A stretch of DNA of 64,000 nt, from contig CAZNRH010000003.1 of NCBI GenBank assembly GCA_964575755.1, positions 2,303 through 66,302 on the forward strand. The letters run 5' to 3'. Both the position numbers and the translations under genes were made by a program. Shown here piece by piece: positions 59,753 through 64,000 of the stretch. Below the pieces are notes generated by a model. That model saw only the letters and a list, made by a program, of their open reading frames with translations. It was not told the DNA's origin and did no database searches. This stretch comes from an uncultured Candidatus Saccharibacteria bacterium. GTDB lineage: Bacteria > Patescibacteriota > Minisyncoccia > Phycocordibacterales > JABMNX01. Position 1 is the stretch's first letter. Every line of letters starts with the position of its first letter.

Positions 59753-61879
59753 ATGAAAAACAAAAAAAGTCCTAGAAATACTTATTTTAAAGGGAAAATA
59801 GGTATCAAGAAGAAAACAACTAAAGGTGCACCTAAGTTACCAGAAGGTCAGCAATTTTTTGCAAATATAATCAGTACAGTAATTATTTTCTTTATTCTTG
59901 TTACCGCATACTCTTTTATTGTTGGTAGTAATCAAAAACCAGAAGAAATTCCAATTTCTCAACTAGCACTAGATATAGAAGCGGGGATAGTCTCTTCTAT
60001 ATCTGTAAGCGGTGAGGAAATAGAGATTACATATGTAGTTGTTGAAGACGATTTTGATGTCTCGCAAGACATCATGTCCACAGACCAAGCAAAAATCGCG
60101 TCCGAAGACGTTGTGCAAGAAAGCACAGGCTCGGAGACTCCCGAAGATGCCTCCAAAGAAGAGGGTATTGCTACATCGACTACTCAATCCGAATCAGAAG
60201 AAAAAGAGGTTATCGGAGTAGTCAAAAAATCAAAGAAAGAAATCGACACTGCTCTTTCGGAGACACTCGTTAACTATGGTGTTACGAGAGAACAATTGAG
60301 TTCAGTAAGTATTGAAATAAAAAGTCCAAGTGGATTTCGTTTCTGGTTCTTAGCTCTTGTACCGTTCTTGCTACCACTTCTGCTTATTGTATTTTTAATT
60401 TGGTTCCTTTCACGACAAGTTAAAGGCTCTGGGATGCAAGCATTTTCTTTTGGTAAATCTAAAGCACGTATCATTGATCCAAATGATAAAAGTCAAAAGA
60501 TAACTTTCAAGGATGTTGCTGGAGCAAAGGAGGCAAAAGAAGAACTTATTGAAATAGTAGATTTTTTAAAGAACCCTAAGAAGTTTCTAAGTATTGGAGC
60601 GCAAATTCCTAAAGGAATAATGCTTATGGGCGCACCTGGCACAGGCAAGACTTTACTTGCTCGCGCCGTTGCAGGTGAGGCACAGGTTCCATTTTTTTCA
60701 ATCTCAGGTTCAGAGTTTGTTGAGATGTTTGTTGGAGTTGGTGCGTCACGTGTACGTGATTTATTTGAACTTGCAAAGAAAGCTGCACCAGCAATTATTT
60801 TTGTTGATGAGATAGATGCAGTTGGACGCGTGCGTGGCACAGGAGTTGGTGGAGGAAATGATGAACGAGAGCAAACTCTCAACCAAATCCTCGTTGAGAT
60901 GGATGGCTTTGAGCCAAATGAAAAAGTTATTGTTATGGCAGCAACCAACAGGCCAGACGTACTTGACCCTGCGCTACTTCGTCCGGGGCGATTCGACAGG
61001 CGTGTAACTATTGACCTACCAGACAGGAAAGATAGAGAAGACATTCTTGATATTCACGCTCGTAAAAAACCACTTCACGATGACGTTAGTCTTGAAGTAA
61101 TAGCAGAGCGTACTCCAGGGTTCTCTGGAGCGGACCTGTATTCACTTATGAATGAGGGGGCTATTTTAGCGGCACGAGAAGATCGTAAAAAGGTGACGCA
61201 GTACGACCTAATTCGTTCAATCGAAAAAGTGATGCTCGGTCCAGAGAGAAAGAGTCATGTTCTTAACAAAAAAGAAAAGAAAATTACAGCGTATCATGAA
61301 GCAGGTCATGCGCTTGTTTCAAGTGTACTTCCTTATGCTGACCCAGTTCACAAGATATCAATAATTTCACGTGGTAGTGCTGCAGGGTATACGCTAAAAT
61401 TACCGTTTGAAGACAAGAGAATGCAAACAAAAAAAGAATTTCTTGATGATATTGCGATGACGCTCGGTGGGTACATAGCAGAAAAGATGGTATTTGGTGA
61501 TATAACTACAGGTGCTTCGAGCGACCTTCAGGTTCTGACTGCATTAGCAAGAAATATGGTAACGAAATATGGTATGTCAGATGATATTGGCCCAGTTGCT
61601 TTAGAAGGAGAAAGTGGGCGTGCTCTTATGGGGTCAGGGTTAGACGGAAAAGGGTATTCAGAGAAGGTATCATCTGAAATCGACAAAGAAGTGCATGCGA
61701 TTATTGACGGAGCGTATAAAAAAGCTGAAGATATTCTTATTAAACATCGTGTTGTTCTTGATGCGATAGCTAATAGACTAATCGAGGTTGAGACTATTGA
61801 AAGGGAAGAGTTTGAGCTACTTCTAATAGCTAATGGTATTACCCCAAAGAAAAAAGAAGATATAGAGCATAGTGAGTAG
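59753..61879 (+). CDS. ftsH: ATP-dependent zinc metalloprotease FtsH
   Basis: Two TMs, [37 protein letters not shown]. Confidence 0.98.
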   Translation: MKNKKSPRNTYFKGKIGIKKKTTKGAPKLPEGQQFFANIISTVIIFFILVTAYSFIVGSNQKPEEIPISQLALDIEAGIVSSISVSGEEIEITYVVVEDDFDVSQDIMSTDQAKIASEDVVQESTGSETPEDASKEEGIATSTTQSESEEKEVIGVVKKSKKEIDTALSETLVNYGVTREQLSSVSIEIKSPSGFRFWFLALVPFLLPLLLIVFLIWFLSRQVKGSGMQAFSFGKSKARIIDPNDKSQKITFKDVAGAKEAKEELIEIVDFLKNPKKFLSIGAQIPKGIMLMGAPGTGKTLLARAVAGEAQVPFFSISGSEFVEMFVGVGASRVRDLFELAKKAAPAIIFVDEIDAVGRVRGTGVGGGNDEREQTLNQILVEMDGFEPNEKVIVMAATNRPDVLDPALLRPGRFDRRVTIDLPDRKDREDILDIHARKKPLHDDVSLEVIAERTPGFSGADLYSLMNEGAILAAREDRKKVTQYDLIRSIEKVMLGPERKSHVLNKKEKKITAYHEAGHALVSSVLPYADPVHKISIISRGSAAGYTLKLPFEDKRMQTKKEFLDDIAMTLGGYIAEKMVFGDITTGASSDLQVLTALARNMVTKYGMSDDIGPVALEGESGRALMGSGLDGKGYSEKVSSEIDKEVHAIIDGAYKKAEDILIKHRVVLDAIANRLIEVETIEREEFELLLIANGITPKKKEDIEHSE

Positions 61880-61974
61880 GTTCAATAGTTGGCGATATTT
61901 TATTTTCACTTGAGTCATGAAGAATACACAAAACTCCAATGCATTACACTGGGGTTTTGTGTTGTAAATGTGTG

Positions 61975-62048
61975 TCCGCCCTCCAGGACTTGAACCTGGA
62001 ACCTCCAAGATATAAGCTTGGTGCTCTAACCAATTGAGCTAAGAGCGG
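61975..62048 (-). tRNA. tRNA-Ile, anticodon UAU (CCA not encoded)
   Basis: Cloverleaf CCGCTCT/AGGGCGG, D arm GCTC/GAGC, anticodon arm CCAAG-CTTATAT-CTTGG, T arm CCAGG-TTCAAGT-CCTGG. Confidence 0.92.
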
Positions 62049-62143
62049 TAATGTACAAAACTATACCGCAATTAAGCTTCTTATTCAAAGTGTAGTAGCT
62101 TTCGCATATAGAGCATGATAGTCTTTTTTATAGATAAAGTATT

Positions 62144-62482
62144 TTGGAGATAATTATGCAAATATACCTTGGACGACCAATCCCTCTATCTCTTCCTATT
62201 CATCACATTTTACTTGCGTTGAAGTTTGCAACAATCTTGTTGATACAGTGGGTGCTCTGGTTTATACCTGCTGTCTCAGATGCTTTTGATGAGTATTCTG
62301 GAGATGAATATCGAGGCATCATAGTACTCATCCTTTCGTCTGCCTGTTTATTTTCGTTTGCCATGCCATGGTTGCTATACTCCGACCAAGTAGTCACAGT
62401 TAGTATAAGTGTTAATATAGGCATTACGATGTATCTTTTCTTTGGTATACTCTATTTTTTACATGAACGTAAGTGGAGTTAA
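62144..62482 (+). CDS. hypothetical membrane protein
   Basis: Three hydrophobic segments; probable ATG 62156 with GGAG; terminator at 62497..62529. Confidence 0.55.
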   Translation: MEIIMQIYLGRPIPLSLPIHHILLALKFATILLIQWVLWFIPAVSDAFDEYSGDEYRGIIVLILSSACLFSFAMPWLLYSDQVVTVSISVNIGITMYLFFGILYFLHERKWS

Positions 62483-62599
62483 ATAAGGCGAGTAAGTGCC
62501 CGACAGATTTTATCTGCGGGCACTTTTTCTATTCAAAAGTGTACGGTTTTTTTGTTTTTTTATCAAATCATTAAACCCGTGCGCACACGCACGGGTTTT

Positions 62600-62896
62600 T
62601 TAAGGTCCTCCATTCTTTTTTTCATATTTCTTTACAAGGACACGTGCCCTTTGCTTTTCTGAATTAAATGTTTCTGATAACACTTCGAACCCTATCAATG
62701 AGAAGAAGCGCTCAGTACATCTTAGAGAACAAAATTTAAATTCATCTCCGTTTAAATATACTACCCATTCCCACTTATTTGAAATAAAAGGTTCGACAAC
62801 ACATTCTTCAGGTGATGAATTGTACTGACAGAACCCTTGGTTTAATCCAGTCTCTGCTAAGTGACATAGAAACTTTTTTTCGCTCGCATCATTCAC
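62600..62896 (-). CDS. hypothetical protein (FCS..C motif)
   Basis: AAAGGA/AGGT upstream; terminator AAACCCGTGCG/CGCACGGGTTT downstream. Confidence 0.55.
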   Translation of the reverse strand: MNDASEKKFLCHLAETGLNQGFCQYNSSPEECVVEPFISNKWEWVVYLNGDEFKFCSLRCTERFFSLIGFEVLSETFNSEKQRARVLVKKYEKKNGGP

Positions 62897-62930
62897 CTAC
62901 TTTCCTTTCTTGATAGTATAGAAAAATCAT

Positions 62931-64000
62931 CTACTCGAAATGTAGCACATTTTGCTTATGTTTAACAACACTTGCTAATTCTGGGTGCTTTTTGAGTGTC
63001 GCGTCTTTTTTAATCAGGTTTTCTGCTTCATTTCGTGCAGCTTCTACCATTTTTACATTTTTAATAGCTTCCATGCCGAGGTCTGTTAAGCCCCATTGCT
63101 TCTTTCCATACAATTCTCCAGACCCACGTAGTGTTAGGTCAAACTCTGCGAGTTCGAAACCATTCTTTGCTGTTTTTATAGCTTTGAGTCTCTCGGTTGT
63201 TTGTTTGCTCTTGCTGTCAGAGAATATAAAACAATATGCTTGGTGATTGCTTCGTATAACACGACCACGGAGTTGGTGAAGTTGGGCTAGTCCAAAGCGT
63301 TCAGCACCTTCGATAACAATCATTGTTGCATTAGGTACATTTACTCCCACTTCAACTACTGAAGTAGCGACAAGTATGTCAGTTTCTCCTTTTTCAAATC
63401 TCTCCATAGCATCTCCCTTGTCTTTCGGTGTCATTTTGCTGTGCAGAATATCAATTTCAAACTCTGAAAATATTTCTTCCTTAAGACGTTTAGCTTCTGC
63501 TGTGACAGAAGTCACATTAAGAGCAAGAGCTTTCTTAGGATCTGGTTCGTTAATACGTGGACATATTACATAAGACTGCCGTCCGCCTTTAATCTCTTTT
63601 CGTATATGTTCATACGTTTTCTTTCGTTCTATTGGTAAAACAATCTCTGTGATGATAGGTTTTCGCCCGTGTGGCATCTGGTCAAGAAGCGTTAAGTCGA
63701 GGTCTCCGTATATAGTGAGTGCGAGTGTACGAGGTATTGGGGTAGCTGTCATAGAGAGAAGGTGAGGAGCAAACTCGTCTTTACGTGCAAGCTTTTGTCG
63801 TTGAAGCGTACCAAAACGATGTTGTTCGTCGATAATTATATACGCAAGATTTTGAAACTCAACAGATTTTTGAATAAGAGAGTGTGTACCGATAACTATG
63901 GAAATCTCACCACTTTTAACCCACTTTAAGAGCTGTGCTCTTGAAATATTTGTAGACTCACCTTTGTTTACTTTAGAAGGGAATTTATTACAACCACTTG
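62931..64000 (-). CDS. recG: ATP-dependent DNA helicase RecG (3' part; runs off the window)
   Basis: DEQHRFG (read upstream of the listed ORF), MTATPIPRTL, T.V.EVGV.VPNA, QLHQLRGRV, D..LRG.G. Confidence 0.96.
   Translation of the reverse strand, partial: SGCNKFPSKVNKGESTNISRAQLLKWVKSGEISIVIGTHSLIQKSVEFQNLAYIIIDEQHRFGTLQRQKLARKDEFAPHLLSMTATPIPRTLALTIYGDLDLTLLDQMPHGRKPIITEIVLPIERKKTYEHIRKEIKGGRQSYVICPRINEPDPKKALALNVTSVTAEAKRLKEEIFSEFEIDILHSKMTPKDKGDAMERFEKGETDILVATSVVEVGVNVPNATMIVIEGAERFGLAQLHQLRGRVIRSNHQAYCFIFSDSKSKQTTERLKAIKTAKNGFELAEFDLTLRGSGELYGKKQWGLTDLGMEAIKNVKMVEAARNEAENLIKKDATLKKHPELASVVKHKQNVLHFE

Noticed and set aside
61823-62008. 61-aa ORF beginning MEVPGSSPGGRT
   Set aside because: Translation of the tRNA-Ile T-arm and its terminator

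Overview
AT-rich, gene-dense bacterial chromosome segment whose content points to a Patescibacteria (CPR, Parcubacteria-like) genome: uL30/rpmD is missing between rpsE and rplO, there is a tRNA-Ile(UAU), core genes mostly lack Shine-Dalgarno motifs, and ComEC is split. In order it carries: a type IV pilus locus (pilB, pilC, three minor pilins); tpiA-pgk; HIT; recJ; a TrpR-like gene; rnhA; comEC; sod; rpmB; the str-S10-spc ribosomal cluster (rpsL to secY-adk-map), interrupted at four points by ORFan or fragment insertions; ndk; a beta-CASP RNase; infC-rpmI-rplT; ackA-xfp; an HI0933 flavoprotein; a delta-less F-type ATP synthase operon in an island-like block next to tmRNA; smpB; a broken patatin; ftsH; tRNA-Ile and the 3' part of recG. 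The most unusual signal is non-coding. (1) Three ~120 bp inverted-repeat elements sit exactly in the start codons of tpiA, pgk and rplD and regenerate a start codon. (2) Seven ~125 bp hairpin elements with shared internal-loop motifs but unrelated stems sit on or beside stop codons, all in the same orientation. (3) A TrpR-like gene is bracketed by direct repeats of a perfect palindrome. (4) There is a 6S-like sRNA candidate, a promoter/perfect-SD/19-codon/terminator unit, and a synonymously recoded copy of the fusA 3' end. All calls were made by eye from sequence and motifs; no database search or RNA folding was run.
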